A program made the position numbers and the translations under genes. Positions 52,676-63,493 of a DNA stretch of 64,000 bases are shown piece by piece (position 1 is the stretch's first letter; each line of letters opens with the position of its first letter). The notes below the pieces were generated by a model, which saw nothing but the letters and a program-made list of their open reading frames with translations, did no database searches and was not told the DNA's origin. The stretch lies in NCBI GenBank assembly GCA_902805775.1, contig CADCUB010000131.1, positions 972-64,971 on the forward strand, given 5' to 3'. The DNA comes from an uncultured Frankineae bacterium. GTDB taxonomy: Bacteria; Actinomycetota; Actinomycetes; Mycobacteriales; SCTD01.

Positions 52676-54886
52676 ATGACCCCACCCGCGCCCCGGCGCA
52701 CGACCTGGCTGGCCGGCACGGCTCTGGCCGTGCTCGTCGCCCCGCTCGCGGTCGCCCTGCCCGCCCAGGCGAGCGCGAGCCGCAACGAGGTCGTGCACCT
52801 GGCGGACCCCGAGGACGACGGCGCCTACAGCGTGGTGCTGCGCGACCTCGTGACCGGCGCCGTGCGCACCGTCCTGCGGGCGGACCCCCGGGCGGAGCTG
52901 CTGTACGACGACCCGGAGCTGTCCCCGAGGGGGGACCGCATCGCCCTGTCGACCGACCGCGGCGCTGCGCCGTTCCGGGAGGGCATCGCCGTCGTGGGCC
53001 GGGACGGCTCCGGCTTCCGGCGGCTGACCACCCCGCCGGCCCCGACCGCCACGACGTTCACGGTCGACGTCGCTCCCGCCTGGTCGCCGGACGGCTCCCG
53101 GCTGCTGTTCACCCGGATCACCGTCGCCGGTGCCGACACCACCTCCACGGTGCTGCACACCGTCCCGGTCGCCGGCGGCAGGCCGACGCCGGTGCCCAAC
53201 GCCGCCCAGGGCTACCTGGGCGACTGGAGCCCGGACGGCTCGCGGATCGTCTTCGCCGCGCTCGCTCCCGGTGCCGACACCGGTGCGATCACGACCATGC
53301 GCCTGGACGGCACGCAGCGGCGGGCGATCCCCGGCGCGGTGGGCGCCATGCCGTCCTGGTCGCCGGACGGCACCACGATCGCGTACGCCGCCGTCACCGC
53401 CCGCGACCCGGACCGGGCGCGCGGACAGGACGTCGCGCAGATCGCCACGGTCCCCGCCGCAGGCGGAGCGCCGACGGTGCTGCCCGCGACCCGCCCGACG
53501 GCCGCTCGCACCGTGGCCGGCTACCCGAGCTGGGCACCCGACGGCGAGAGCGTGCTGTTCGACCTGCACGGCTACAGCGCCGTCGACGACGCCCCGCCCG
53601 GTGACGTCTGGGCGGTCGACAGGGCCGGCCGTCGCGCCGGCCGGGTCACCACCGCCCGCGGCGACGACGCTCAGCCGCACGCTCAGGGCCCGGCTCCGTC
53701 CCGGGTCAGCGCCGCGGCGCCCACGACCTTCACGCCGGCCGTCCCGCGGCGCATCCTCGACACCCGCACGGGCGTCGGTGTGCGGGCGGGCACGGTCGGC
53801 CCGGGCGGCACGGTGGACGTGCCTGTCCGCGGTGTGCGCACCGCCTCCGGCCCGGTCCCGGCGAGCGCCACCGCGGTGGTCCTCAACGTCACCGCCACCG
53901 GCGGCACGGTGGCCACCGACGTGCGCGCCTACCCCACGGGAACGGCCGTGCCGGGCGCGTCCAACCTCAACGTCGCCGCCGGGTCGACCGTGCCGAACCT
54001 CGTGACGGTGCGGATCGGCGCCGACGGCCGGGTCCGGCTCCGCAACGGGCAGGGCTCGCTGCACCTGATCGGCGACATCGCCGGCTGGTACACCCCCGAC
54101 GCCGCAGGAGCCGGCTTCGCCGCGGTCGGACCCAGCCGCATCCTCGACACCCGCACGGGCCTGGGGGCACCCCGGGCCCGGCTCGGCCGCGGGGGCGTCG
54201 TCGACCTGCGGGTGACCGGTGCGCTGCGCGCCGCCGACGGCAGCACCGCGACCGTCCCGGCCGACGCCCGCGCGGTCGTCCTCAACGTCACGGCCACCGG
54301 GGTGAGCGGCGGCACGGACGTCCGCGTCTACCCGACGCCGACCTCGCCGACGGTCCCCTCGGTGAGCAACCTCAACCTGCGCCGAGGGCAGACGGCGGCC
54401 AACCTGGTGACCGTCGCCGTGGGGGCCGGCGGCCAGGTGCGCCTGCGCAACAGCTTCGGCGACCTGCACCTCGTCGCCGACCTCGCCGGCTACTACGCAC
54501 CGGGTGCTCGGGGGCGCTTCGTGCCGGTCACGCCCACCCGCTTCCTCGACACCCGGTCCGGCACCGGAGCAGCCCCGATCCCGACCACCGCCGGCGGCGT
54601 CGTCGACCTGCGCGTCGCCGGCACCCGCGGGGTCCCGGCCGGGGCCACCGCGGCCGTCCTCAACCTCACCGGCACGTCGCTGAGGGGCGCGGGCGGCACG
54701 GACGTCCGCGCCTACCCGTTCGGCACCGTCGGCGTCCCGTCCGTCAGCAACCTCAACCTGGTGGCCGGGGAGAACCGCGCGAACCTGACCGTCGTGCGGA
54801 TCGGCCAGCAGGGACGGGTGCGGGTGCGCAACAGCAGCGGGCAGCTGCAGCTCGTCGGGGACCTGGCGGGCTACATGATCGGCTGA
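52676..54886 (+). CDS. secreted TolB-like beta-propeller protein with three C-terminal tandem repeats
   Basis: It has a signal peptide (ALPAQA/SA) and four WSPDG-type PD40 blades. Three repeats of about 120 aa follow (nt 53726-54094, 54116-54493, 54518-54877), each reading R.LDTR.G...VVLN.T.T...TDVR.YP...P..SNLN...G....NL..V..G..G.V.(L/V)RN..G...L..D..G(W/Y)(Y/M). Confidence 0.8.
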   Translation: MTPPAPRRTTWLAGTALAVLVAPLAVALPAQASASRNEVVHLADPEDDGAYSVVLRDLVTGAVRTVLRADPRAELLYDDPELSPRGDRIALSTDRGAAPFREGIAVVGRDGSGFRRLTTPPAPTATTFTVDVAPAWSPDGSRLLFTRITVAGADTTSTVLHTVPVAGGRPTPVPNAAQGYLGDWSPDGSRIVFAALAPGADTGAITTMRLDGTQRRAIPGAVGAMPSWSPDGTTIAYAAVTARDPDRARGQDVAQIATVPAAGGAPTVLPATRPTAARTVAGYPSWAPDGESVLFDLHGYSAVDDAPPGDVWAVDRAGRRAGRVTTARGDDAQPHAQGPAPSRVSAAAPTTFTPAVPRRILDTRTGVGVRAGTVGPGGTVDVPVRGVRTASGPVPASATAVVLNVTATGGTVATDVRAYPTGTAVPGASNLNVAAGSTVPNLVTVRIGADGRVRLRNGQGSLHLIGDIAGWYTPDAAGAGFAAVGPSRILDTRTGLGAPRARLGRGGVVDLRVTGALRAADGSTATVPADARAVVLNVTATGVSGGTDVRVYPTPTSPTVPSVSNLNLRRGQTAANLVTVAVGAGGQVRLRNSFGDLHLVADLAGYYAPGARGRFVPVTPTRFLDTRSGTGAAPIPTTAGGVVDLRVAGTRGVPAGATAAVLNLTGTSLRGAGGTDVRAYPFGTVGVPSVSNLNLVAGENRANLTVVRIGQQGRVRVRNSSGQLQLVGDLAGYMIG

Positions 54887-54937
54887 CGGGACCGGCCGGT
54901 CGTCCGCAGGGGTGGCCGGCCCTGCCGGTGCCCGGTG

Positions 54938-56338
54938 TCAGCCGCCGCTGCGGGCGTCGTGCCGGATGTCGGCCTCCACGGCCTCGAAGGCCTTGCGGGC
55001 AGCGATGAGCACCGGGTCCCAGACGGGCGCGAACGGCGGGGCGTACGACAGGTCCAGGCCCAGCACCTCGTCGACGCTCATCTCGTTCCACAGCGCCGTC
55101 GCCAGCACGTCGATGCGCTTGGCGGCGGCCTCGCGCCCGACGATCTGCGCGCCGAGCAGCCGCCCGGTGCGCTTCTCGGCGGTGAGCTTGACCCGCATCG
55201 GCTTCGCGCCCGGGAAGTAGCCCGCCCGGGTCGTGGAGTCGACGTGCGCGGTGAGGAACCGGTAGCCGGCGGCCTCCGCCTCCGACTCGGACAGACCCGT
55301 GCGGGCCACCTCCAGGTCGCACACCTTCGTGACCGCCGTGCCGATCACGCCCGGGAAGGTGGCGTAGCCACCGCCCAGGTTGATCCCGGCCACCCTGCCC
55401 TGCTTGTTGGCGTGCGTGCCGAGGGCCACCACCACGCGCTGCCCCGACAGCCGGTGCACGCTCTCGACGCAGTCCCCCGCCGCCCAGACACCTGGCGTGC
55501 GGGTGCGCATGCGCGCGTCGACGGCGATGCCGCCCGAGTCGCCCAGCGGGATGCCGGCGGCCCGGGCCAGCGCGACGTTGGGGCGCACGCCCAGGCCGAG
55601 CACGACGAGGTCGGCCGGCAGGCGGGTGCCGGCCTCGGTCACGACGGCGCAGGCCCGCCCGTCGGCGCCGGTCTCGACGCGGGCGGCGCCGTCACCGAGC
55701 ACCAGCCGGATCCCGAGCTCCTCCACCGCCCGTGCGAGGAAGGCGCCGATGTCGGGGTCGAAGGTGCCGACGGGCGTGGCCGAGCGGTCGACGACCGTGA
55801 CGTCGAGGCCGCGCACCTGGCAGGCCTCGGCGATCTCCAGCCCGATGTAGCCGCCGCCGACCACGACGACCCGCTCCACCGCTCCGTCGTCGAGCTCCGC
55901 GCGCAGCTCCCGGCCGTCGTCGAGCGTCTGCACGCCGTAGACGCCCGGGGCGTCGAAGCCGTCTGCCCGGGGGCGCATCGGGACGCTGCCGGTCGCGTAC
56001 ACCAGCGCGTCGTACGGCTCGTCGTACGTGCGGCCCGACTCGAGGTCGCGCGCCGTCACCGTGCGTGCCGCGACATCGATCGCGACGACCTCCGTACGGG
56101 TGCGCACGTCGATGCCGGCGGCGCGGTGCTGCTCGGGCGTGCGCGAGACCAGCTCGGCCTCGTCCTGCACCGCCCCGCCGATCCAGTACGGGATGCCGCA
56201 GGCGGAGTAGGAGGTCGCCCGGCCGCGCTCGAAGGCCACGATCTCCAGGTCGTCGGCGTCCCTGCGCTTGCGGGCCTGACTGGCCGCGCTCATGCCTGCT
56301 GCGTCCCCGCCGATGACCACCAGCCGCTCGCGTGCCAT
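54938..56338 (-). CDS. CoA-disulfide reductase / NADH oxidase family flavoprotein
   Basis: ATG at 56338. It has VVIGGDAAG, the single redox Cys SYSACGIPY, and VVVGGGYIGLE. Confidence 0.8.
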   Translation of the reverse strand: MARERLVVIGGDAAGMSAASQARKRRDADDLEIVAFERGRATSYSACGIPYWIGGAVQDEAELVSRTPEQHRAAGIDVRTRTEVVAIDVAARTVTARDLESGRTYDEPYDALVYATGSVPMRPRADGFDAPGVYGVQTLDDGRELRAELDDGAVERVVVVGGGYIGLEIAEACQVRGLDVTVVDRSATPVGTFDPDIGAFLARAVEELGIRLVLGDGAARVETGADGRACAVVTEAGTRLPADLVVLGLGVRPNVALARAAGIPLGDSGGIAVDARMRTRTPGVWAAGDCVESVHRLSGQRVVVALGTHANKQGRVAGINLGGGYATFPGVIGTAVTKVCDLEVARTGLSESEAEAAGYRFLTAHVDSTTRAGYFPGAKPMRVKLTAEKRTGRLLGAQIVGREAAAKRIDVLATALWNEMSVDEVLGLDLSYAPPFAPVWDPVLIAARKAFEAVEADIRHDARSGG

Positions 56339-56371
56339 GTCCAGGACCGTACTGGCGGCTAGGCTCGTCGG

Positions 56372-57061
56372 ATGCCCGCGATCGCCGCACACGCCCCCGC
56401 GCAGCTCGCCCTGGGCCCGGAGTGGCTCTCGCCGGAGGCCCTGGTGAGCGCGGGGCTGCTGGTCCTGCTGCTCGTCGTCTTCGTCGAGAGCGGCCTGCTG
56501 ATCGGCTTCTTCCTGCCGGGCGACTCGCTGCTGTTCACCGCCGGGCTGCTCATCAACACCCAGGACGTGCTGCCCCTGTGGCTCGTGCTGCTGACGGTGC
56601 CGTTGGCCGCCATCGCCGGCGACCAGGTGGGCTACGCCATCGGCCGCAAGGCCGGGCCGCACATCTTCAACCGGCCCGACTCGCGCCTGTTCCAGCAGGA
56701 GTACGTCGACAAGGCCTACGCCTACTTCGAGCGCTACGGCGCGCGCACGATCGTGCTGGCCCGGTTCGTCCCGGTCGTGCGCACCTTCGCGCCGGTCGTC
56801 GCGGGCGTCAGCCGCATGCGCTACCGCACGTTCGTCACCTACAACGTCATCGGCGGCGTGCTGTGGGGCGCCGGCGTGACGCTGCTGGGCTACTTCCTCG
56901 GCCAGATCCAGTTCGTCGCCGACAACGTCGAGCCGATCATCCTGGGGATCGTCGCGCTGTCCGTGCTGCCGATCGTCACCGAGGTGCTGCGGGCCCGTCG
57001 GGAGCACCGCGCGGGACCGACCGAGGACCGCGCGCTGCCGCCCGAGGTCGCCACGGACTGA
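56372..57061 (+). CDS. DedA family membrane protein
   Basis: It has FVESGLLIGFFLPGDSLLFTAG and RFVPVVRTFAP. Confidence 0.85.
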   Translation: MPAIAAHAPAQLALGPEWLSPEALVSAGLLVLLLVVFVESGLLIGFFLPGDSLLFTAGLLINTQDVLPLWLVLLTVPLAAIAGDQVGYAIGRKAGPHIFNRPDSRLFQQEYVDKAYAYFERYGARTIVLARFVPVVRTFAPVVAGVSRMRYRTFVTYNVIGGVLWGAGVTLLGYFLGQIQFVADNVEPIILGIVALSVLPIVTEVLRARREHRAGPTEDRALPPEVATD

Positions 57062-57082
57062 CCGTCGGTCGACGGCCGACGG

Positions 57083-57622
57083 TCACAGACCCAGGTCGGC
57101 GAGGGAGTACAGGAAGCGGTAGGGCACGCCCTCGGCCTCGATCCGGCGGCCGGCGCCCGTGTCGCGGTCGGCGATCGTCGCCACGGCCAGGGGCACCGCC
57201 CCCGCCTCCCGCACCGCCTCCAGCGCCGTCAGGGGCGAGCCGCCCGTGGTGGTCGTGTCCTCGACGACCAGCACCCGCCGGCCGGCGATGTCCGGCCCCT
57301 CCACCCGCCGCTGCAGCCCGTGCGCCTTGGCCGACTTGCGGACGACGAAGGCGTCGAGCCGGCGGCCCTGCGCGGCTGCGGCGTGCAGCATCGCGGTGGC
57401 GATCGGGTCGGCGCCCAGGGTCAGCCCGCCGACCGCCTCGACGTCGAGGTCGGCGGTCAGCTCGAGCATGAGGCGCCCGACCAGCGGGGCGGCCCGGGCG
57501 CTGAGGGTGATGCGCCGCAGGTCGACGTAGTGGTCCGCCTCCCGCCCCGACGACAGGGTCACCCGGCCGTGCACGACGGCGAGGTCCCGGACCAGGGCGA
57601 GCAGCTCTGCGCGGTCGTCCAC
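57083..57622 (-). CDS. pyrE: orotate phosphoribosyltransferase
   Basis: 179 aa with the PRPP motif VLVVEDTTTTGGS. Confidence 0.9.
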   Translation of the reverse strand: MDDRAELLALVRDLAVVHGRVTLSSGREADHYVDLRRITLSARAAPLVGRLMLELTADLDVEAVGGLTLGADPIATAMLHAAAAQGRRLDAFVVRKSAKAHGLQRRVEGPDIAGRRVLVVEDTTTTGGSPLTALEAVREAGAVPLAVATIADRDTGAGRRIEAEGVPYRFLYSLADLGL

Positions 57623-57664
57623 CGCGCCGACACTAGGCCCGCGTCCCGCGCGGACGGCGCACTG

Positions 57665-57721
57665 CCCCGCACGTCCTGCGCCGCCGCTCCCCGGAGGAGG
57701 TGGCGGCGCAGGACGTCGGGG
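57665..57721 (-). terminator. long hairpin immediately downstream of clpB
   Basis: CCCCGCACGTCCTGCGCCGCC ... GGCGGCGCAGGACGTCGGGG, about 20 bp with one bulge, 11 nt after the clpB stop. Confidence 0.6.
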
Positions 57722-57731
57722 CAGGGAGGGG

Positions 57732-60359
57732 CTAGAGCTCGGCCGGTCCGGCGGCCATCGCCGCCGGCTCGGTCGACCGCGCGACCGGCGCCACGACCAG
57801 GCCGTCGCCCTGCGGCGCCCGGTCGACGACGACCTCGTCGCCGTCGCGGACCTCGCCGGACAGCAGCGCCCGGGCCAGCGTGTCGCCGACCGACTTCTGC
57901 ACCAGCCGGCGCAGCGGCCGGGCGCCGTAGACGGGGTCGAACCCGGTGAGCGTGAGCCACTCGCGGGCGGCGTCGGTGACCGTCAGCACGAGCCGGCGGC
58001 TCGTGAGGCGCTGGGCCAGCGAGGCGACCTGCAGGTCGACGATCCGCGCGAGCTCCTCGGTGCCGAGGGCGTCGAACACCACGACCTCGTCGAGCCGGTT
58101 GAGGAACTCGGGCTTGAAGGTCGCCCGCACGGCGTCCATCACCTTGTCGCGGCGCTGGTCGGCGTTGAGCAGCGGGTCGCTGACGTAGGCCGAGCCCAGG
58201 TTGCTCGTCAGGATGAGGATCGCGTTGCGGAAGTCGACCGTGCGGCCCTGGCCGTCCGTGAGCCGCCCGTCGTCGAGCACCTGCAGCAGCACGTCGAAGA
58301 CGTCCGGGTGGGCCTTCTCGACCTCGTCGAGCAGCACGACGGTGTAGGGGCGCCGGCGCACCGCCTCGGTCAGCTGGCCGCCGGACTCGTAGCCGACGTA
58401 GCCGGGGGGCGCGCCGACGAGCCGTGCCACGGAGTGCTTCTCGCCGTACTCGCTCATGTCGATGCGGGTCATCGCCCGCTCGTCGTCGAACAGGAACTCG
58501 GCCAGGGCCTTGGCCAGCTCGGTCTTGCCGACACCCGTCGGGCCGAGGAACAGGAAGGTGCCGGTCGGCCGGTCGGGGTCGGAGATGCCGGCCCGCGCGC
58601 GGCGCACGGCGTCGGACACCGCCTGCACGGCGGCGCGCTGCCCGACCAGGCGGGCGCCCAGGGCGTCCTCCATGCGCAGCAGCTTGCCGGTCTCGCCCTC
58701 GAGCATCCGGCCGGCGGGGATGCCGGTCCAGGCGCTGACGACCTGGGCGATGTCGTCGGGGCTGACGTGCTCCTCGACCATGCGCTCGCCCTGCTCGGCG
58801 GCCGCGGCCTGCGCGAGCTCCTTCTGCAGCGCGGGGATCTCGGCGTACGACAGGCGGGAGGCCGTCGTCAGGTCGCCCTCGCGCTGGGCCCGCTCGACGT
58901 CGCTCTGCAGCTGGTCGAGCTGCTGCTTGAGCTCACCGACCCGGTTCAGGCCGGCCTGCTCGCGCTCCCAGCGGGCGGTCAGCGCCGCCAGCTCGGTGGA
59001 CCGGTCGGCCATGTCGCGGCGCAGCTGCGCGAGCCGCTCCTGCGAGCCCTCGTCGGTCTCGCGCTCGAGCGCCAGCTCCTCCATGCGCATGCGGTCGACG
59101 GCGCGCTGCAGCTCGTCGATCTCCACCGGACGGCTGTCGATCTCCATGCGGAGCCGGGAAGCGGCCTCGTCGACGAGGTCGATCGCCTTGTCCGGCAGGA
59201 AGCGCGCCGGGATGTAGCGGTCGGACAGCGTCGCGGCGGCCACCAGCGCCGAGTCGGCGATCTCGACCTTGTGGTGGGCCTCGTAGCGGCTCTTGAGCCC
59301 GCGCAGGATCGCGACCGTGTCCTCGGCGGACGGCTCGCCGACGAGCACCTGCTGGAAGCGCCGCTCCAGCGCCGGGTCCTTCTCGACGCCGGTGCGGTAC
59401 TCGTCGAGCGTCGTCGCCCCGACCATCCGCAGCTCGCCGCGGGCGAGCATGGGCTTGAGCATGTTGCTCGCGTCCATGGAGCCCTCGGCCTTGCCGGCGC
59501 CGACGAGGGTGTGCAGCTCGTCGAGGAAGGTGATGACCTGGCCCTCGCTCTGCTTGATCTCCTCGAGGACGGCCTTGAGCCGCTCCTCGAACTGGCCGCG
59601 GTACTGCGCGCCGGCGACCATGGCGGCCAGGTCGAGCGCCACGATGCTCTTGCCGCGCAGCGACTCCGGAACGTCGCCCTCGACGATCCGGCGGGCCAGA
59701 CCCTCGACCACAGCGGTCTTCCCGACCCCGGGCTCGCCGATGAGCACCGGGTTGTTCTTGGTGCGGCGGCTGAGCACCTGCACCACGCGGCGGATCTCGT
59801 TGTCGCGGCCGATGACCGGGTCGAGCTCGCCGCGGCGGGCGCGGTCGGTGAGGTCGACGCCGTACTTCTCCAGCGCCTTGTAGGTCGACTCGGGGTCCTG
59901 GGTGGTCACCCGGCGCATGCCGCCGCGCACCTTGGCGAAGGCGTCGACGAGCGCCTTGGGCAGGGCCTGCTGCTGCTTGAGCAGGTCGGCGACGTCGCCG
60001 CCCGAGTCGGCGAGACCGACGAGCAGGTGCTCGGTCGAGACGTAGTCGTCACCGACCTCCTTGGCCTTGTTCTGCGCGACGCTCATGACGGCCATCAGCG
60101 ACCGTGACAGGCCGGGGGCCGCGACACTCGCCCCGCTGGCCTTGGGCAGCTGCGTGAGCAGCGCCTCGGCGCGGGTGCGGACGGTCTTGGGGTCGGCCCC
60201 CACCGCGGACAGCAGCGGGCCGGTGATGCCGTCGCCCTGGTCGAGCAGGGCGAGCAGCAGGTGGACCGGCGCCACCTCGGGGTGTCCCTCGGCGGCGGCG
60301 CGGCGGACAGCCGTCGAGACGGCCTCCTGGCTCTTGGTGGTCAGGCGGTCGGCGTCCAC
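57732..60359 (-). CDS. clpB: ATP-dependent chaperone ClpB
   Basis: 875 aa with two AAA+ modules (GEPGVGKTA and GPTGVGKTE) and a coiled-coil middle domain. The GTG follows GAGAGGAG. Confidence 0.97.
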   Translation of the reverse strand: MDADRLTTKSQEAVSTAVRRAAAEGHPEVAPVHLLLALLDQGDGITGPLLSAVGADPKTVRTRAEALLTQLPKASGASVAAPGLSRSLMAVMSVAQNKAKEVGDDYVSTEHLLVGLADSGGDVADLLKQQQALPKALVDAFAKVRGGMRRVTTQDPESTYKALEKYGVDLTDRARRGELDPVIGRDNEIRRVVQVLSRRTKNNPVLIGEPGVGKTAVVEGLARRIVEGDVPESLRGKSIVALDLAAMVAGAQYRGQFEERLKAVLEEIKQSEGQVITFLDELHTLVGAGKAEGSMDASNMLKPMLARGELRMVGATTLDEYRTGVEKDPALERRFQQVLVGEPSAEDTVAILRGLKSRYEAHHKVEIADSALVAAATLSDRYIPARFLPDKAIDLVDEAASRLRMEIDSRPVEIDELQRAVDRMRMEELALERETDEGSQERLAQLRRDMADRSTELAALTARWEREQAGLNRVGELKQQLDQLQSDVERAQREGDLTTASRLSYAEIPALQKELAQAAAAEQGERMVEEHVSPDDIAQVVSAWTGIPAGRMLEGETGKLLRMEDALGARLVGQRAAVQAVSDAVRRARAGISDPDRPTGTFLFLGPTGVGKTELAKALAEFLFDDERAMTRIDMSEYGEKHSVARLVGAPPGYVGYESGGQLTEAVRRRPYTVVLLDEVEKAHPDVFDVLLQVLDDGRLTDGQGRTVDFRNAILILTSNLGSAYVSDPLLNADQRRDKVMDAVRATFKPEFLNRLDEVVVFDALGTEELARIVDLQVASLAQRLTSRRLVLTVTDAAREWLTLTGFDPVYGARPLRRLVQKSVGDTLARALLSGEVRDGDEVVVDRAPQGDGLVVAPVARSTEPAAMAAGPAEL

Positions 60360-60416
60360 GGACGTCTCCTCTCGTGTTGCGCGTGCGTGTGCGTCGGCTG
60401 GGACAACGCCGCCGAC

Positions 60417-60437
60417 CTTGAGCCTGTTCCGCTCAGG
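60417..60437 (-). promoter_or_regulatory. HspR operator (HAIR inverted repeat)
   Basis: CTTGAGC-N7-GCTCAGG compared with the consensus CTTGAGT-N7-ACTCAAG. It lies 58-78 nt upstream of the clpB start. Confidence 0.65.
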
Positions 60438-61295
60438 TCAGCGGAAGACGACGGTCCGCGAGCCGTTCAGCAGCACCCGCCGCTCGGCGTGCCAGAGGAC
60501 CGCGCGGGCCAGCACCCGCGCCTCGATGTCCTGACCGACCCGGGCCAGCTGCTCGACCGTGTGCGTGTGGTCGGCGCGGGCGACGTCCTGCTCGATGATC
60601 GGTCCCTCGTCGAGGTCCGCGGTGACGTAGTGGGCGCTGGCGCCGATGAGCTTGACGCCCCGCGCGTGCGCCTGGGCGTACGGCCGCGCGCCCTTGAAGC
60701 TCGGCAGGAACGAGTGGTGGATGTTGATGGCCCGGCCCGCCAGCGCGGCGCACAGCTCGGCCGACAGCACCTGCATGTAGCGCGCCAGCACCACGAGCTC
60801 GGTCCCGGTCTGCTCGACCAGCTCGAGGAGCCGGGCCTCGGCGTCGGACTTGGTCTGCGGGGTCACCGGCACCCGGTGGTACGGGACGCCGTGCCACTCG
60901 ACGAGCGCGCGGGCGTCCTCGTGGTTGGACACCACGGCGGTCAGCTCGACGGGCAGGGCACCGGTCCGGTGCCGGAACAGCAGGTCCTGCAGGCAGTGGT
61001 CCTGCTTGCTGACCATGAGCAGCGTCGGCATCGGGCGCACCGCGTCGAGCTGCCAGTCCATGCCGAACGCCGTCGCGGTCGCGGCGAAGGCCGCACGCAG
61101 GTGCTCGACCGGGACGGAAGGGTCGGCGGCCGCGACGTGGACACGCAGGAAGAAGCGCTCGGTGTCGGGGTCGCGGTACTGCTGGCTGTCGAGGATGTTG
61201 CACCCGGTCACGACCAGGAACGTCGAGACGGCGTGGACGATCCCGGGCCGGTCGGGGCAGGACAGCACCAGCAGGTGCTCGCCGGTCGAGGTCAC
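60438..61295 (-). CDS. purU: formyltetrahydrofolate deformylase
   Basis: It has an ACT domain LSCPDRPGIV and the formyltransferase motifs INIHHSFLP and SAHYV...LDEGPII. Confidence 0.9.
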   Translation of the reverse strand: MTSTGEHLLVLSCPDRPGIVHAVSTFLVVTGCNILDSQQYRDPDTERFFLRVHVAAADPSVPVEHLRAAFAATATAFGMDWQLDAVRPMPTLLMVSKQDHCLQDLLFRHRTGALPVELTAVVSNHEDARALVEWHGVPYHRVPVTPQTKSDAEARLLELVEQTGTELVVLARYMQVLSAELCAALAGRAINIHHSFLPSFKGARPYAQAHARGVKLIGASAHYVTADLDEGPIIEQDVARADHTHTVEQLARVGQDIEARVLARAVLWHAERRVLLNGSRTVVFR

Positions 61296-61323
61296 CCGCA
61301 GGACGCTAGTCGCGGTGACCGGA

Positions 61324-61725
61324 TCACCGGCGCGGCGGGGGCTTCCAGACGACCAGAGCGGCGTCGCGCACGGGCACGAGGTCGCGCCGCAGGCCGGCCG
61401 TCACCGTCTCGCGCGCCGCCTCGAGCTGCGCCCTCGTGGCGGCCAGCTCCTCGCGCAGCTCGCTCACCCGCGCCTGCAGGGCGGTCACCTGGTTGTCGAG
61501 CTCGATGATGCGCTTGACGCCGGCCAGGTTGACCCCCTCCTCCTGGCTCAGCCGCTGGACCTCCCGGAGCAGGGCGACGTCGCGCGTGGAGTAGCGGCGG
61601 CCGCCGCCGCCGGAGCGGCCCGGGGTCACCAGGCCGAGCCGGTCGTACTGCCGCAGCGTCTGAGGGTGCATCCCCGACAGCTCGGCCGCGACGGAGATGA
61701 CGAAGACGGGCGCGTCGTCGTCCAT
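61324..61725 (-). CDS. hspR: MerR-family heat-shock repressor HspR
   Basis: [36 protein letters not shown]. It is the last gene of the dnaK operon, and its start overlaps the dnaJ stop. Confidence 0.9.
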   Translation of the reverse strand: MDDDAPVFVISVAAELSGMHPQTLRQYDRLGLVTPGRSGGGGRRYSTRDVALLREVQRLSQEEGVNLAGVKRIIELDNQVTALQARVSELREELAATRAQLEAARETVTAGLRRDLVPVRDAALVVWKPPPRR

Positions 61726-62855
61726 CACGACAGCCCTGCCGCGAGGTGCGCGCGCGGGTCGTCGGGCAGCGCGGTCGCGAAGGCCTCGAGGTGCTTGCGC
61801 GCCTCGCCCGAGACCTTCTGCGGCACGGCCACGTCGACGGTGACGAGCAGGTCGCCGCCCTTGCCGGGGATGCCCCGCCCGCGCACGCGCAGCGTGCGCC
61901 CGCTCGCCGTGCCCGGGGGGATCTTCACGGTCACCGGTCCGTCGAGCGTCGGGACGCTCACCTGCGCGCCGAGCACCGCCTCGGGGAAGGTGACGGGCAC
62001 GGTGATCGTGAGGTGGTCGTCCTTGCGCCCGAGGTAGGGGTGCGGCGTGACGTGCACGTTGACGTAGAGGTCGCCGGCGGGCCCGCCGCGCTCCCCCTCG
62101 CCTCCCCGCCCGGCCAGGCGCACCTTCTGCCCGTCGGCCACACCGGCGGGGATGCGCACGTTGAGCGTCGTGCCGCTGACCGCGCGGCCCTCGCCCCGGC
62201 AGCCCGGGCACGGCGTCTCGATGGTGCGACCGCTGCCGCGGCAGGTCCGGCACGGCTCGCTGAAGGCGAAACCACCCTGACTGCGGGAGGTCACGCCCGC
62301 GCCGTCGCACGTGGCGCACTTCTGCGGCGAGGTGCCGGGCGCCGCTCCGCTGCCTCCGCAGGTCGTGCACGGACCGGTCGTCGTGAGCCGCAGCGGCACG
62401 GTGGCCCCACGCAGCGCGTCGAGGAACGACAGCGTCACGTCGGCCTCGACGTCGGCGCCCCGCCGCGGGGCGCGGCCGGCCGAGCCGCCCGCGCGGCCCC
62501 CGCCGAACAGCCCGCCGAACACGTCCCCGAGCCCGCCGGCCTGCCCGCCGGCGCGGGCGAACAGGTCGCCGAGGTCGAAGCCCGGCACGCCGCCACCGGC
62601 GTACGCCCCGGGCCGGTAGCCGCCCGAGCCGAACAGCGCCCGCGCCTCGTCGTACTCCTTGCGCTTCGCGCTGTCGGACAGCACGTCGTAGGCCTCGGAG
62701 ACCTCCTTGAAGCGCGCCTCCCCGCCCGGGTTGGTGTCGGGGTGCAGGTCGCGGGCGAGCTTGCGGTAGGCCTTCTTGATGTCGGCCGCGTCGGCGTCCT
62801 TGGGGACGCCGAGAGCGGCGTAGTAGTCCTTCTCGACGAAGTCACGAGCGCTCAC
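61725..62855 (-). CDS. dnaJ: molecular chaperone DnaJ
   Basis: GTG at 62855. It has a J-domain (DYYAALGV...HPD), a G/F region and four CxxCxG zinc motifs. Confidence 0.95.
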   Translation of the reverse strand: MSARDFVEKDYYAALGVPKDADAADIKKAYRKLARDLHPDTNPGGEARFKEVSEAYDVLSDSAKRKEYDEARALFGSGGYRPGAYAGGGVPGFDLGDLFARAGGQAGGLGDVFGGLFGGGRAGGSAGRAPRRGADVEADVTLSFLDALRGATVPLRLTTTGPCTTCGGSGAAPGTSPQKCATCDGAGVTSRSQGGFAFSEPCRTCRGSGRTIETPCPGCRGEGRAVSGTTLNVRIPAGVADGQKVRLAGRGGEGERGGPAGDLYVNVHVTPHPYLGRKDDHLTITVPVTFPEAVLGAQVSVPTLDGPVTVKIPPGTASGRTLRVRGRGIPGKGGDLLVTVDVAVPQKVSGEARKHLEAFATALPDDPRAHLAAGLS

Positions 62856-62869
62856 GGCGTCCCCCTCCC

Positions 62870-63489
62870 TCAGGACTGCGCCGCGGCCGGCGCGCCGGCT
62901 CCCGGCTCGGCGACCGACACGCGCGCGGGCCGCAGGACACGGCCGCCGGACAGGCGGTAGCCCGGCTGCAGCACCATCGCGCACACGGCCACGGTCGCGG
63001 CCGGGTCGGGCTCGGCCTGCATCAGGGCCTCGTGGACCGAGGGGTCGAAGGGCTCGCCCACCTCCCCGAAGCGCTCGAGGCCCAGCTTGGCCGTCAGCGC
63101 CTCCAGCGCCTCGCCGACGGCCTGGAAGCCGCCGGTGAGATCGCCGTGCTGCCGGGCCCGCTCGACGTCGTCGAGCACCGGCAGCAGGCCGCTGAGCACG
63201 CCGGCCGTCGCCATCTCGACGACGGCGACGCGGTCGCGCTCGACCCGCTTGCGGTAGTTGGCGTACTCGGCCGACACCCGCTGCAGGTCCGCGGTCAGCT
63301 CGGCGACCCGGTCGGGGACGGCCGCAGCATCCGGCACCTGCGGGGCGTCCGGGGCGGGGGCCGCCTCCTCGGAGGAGGCGGCCACCGGCTCCCGCAGCGT
63401 GCCCGACTCGGGGTCGATGCGCCGCTTGTCCCGGACGACGACCCGGTCGGGGTCGTCGACGATCGGGTCGTCAGGACGTGAGGGACTGC

Positions 63490-63493
<4 letters not shown>
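62870..63493 (-). CDS. grpE: nucleotide exchange factor GrpE
   Basis: 207 aa with EYANYRKR and the conserved C-terminal beta domain. The GTG overlaps the dnaK stop (GTGA). Confidence 0.9.
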
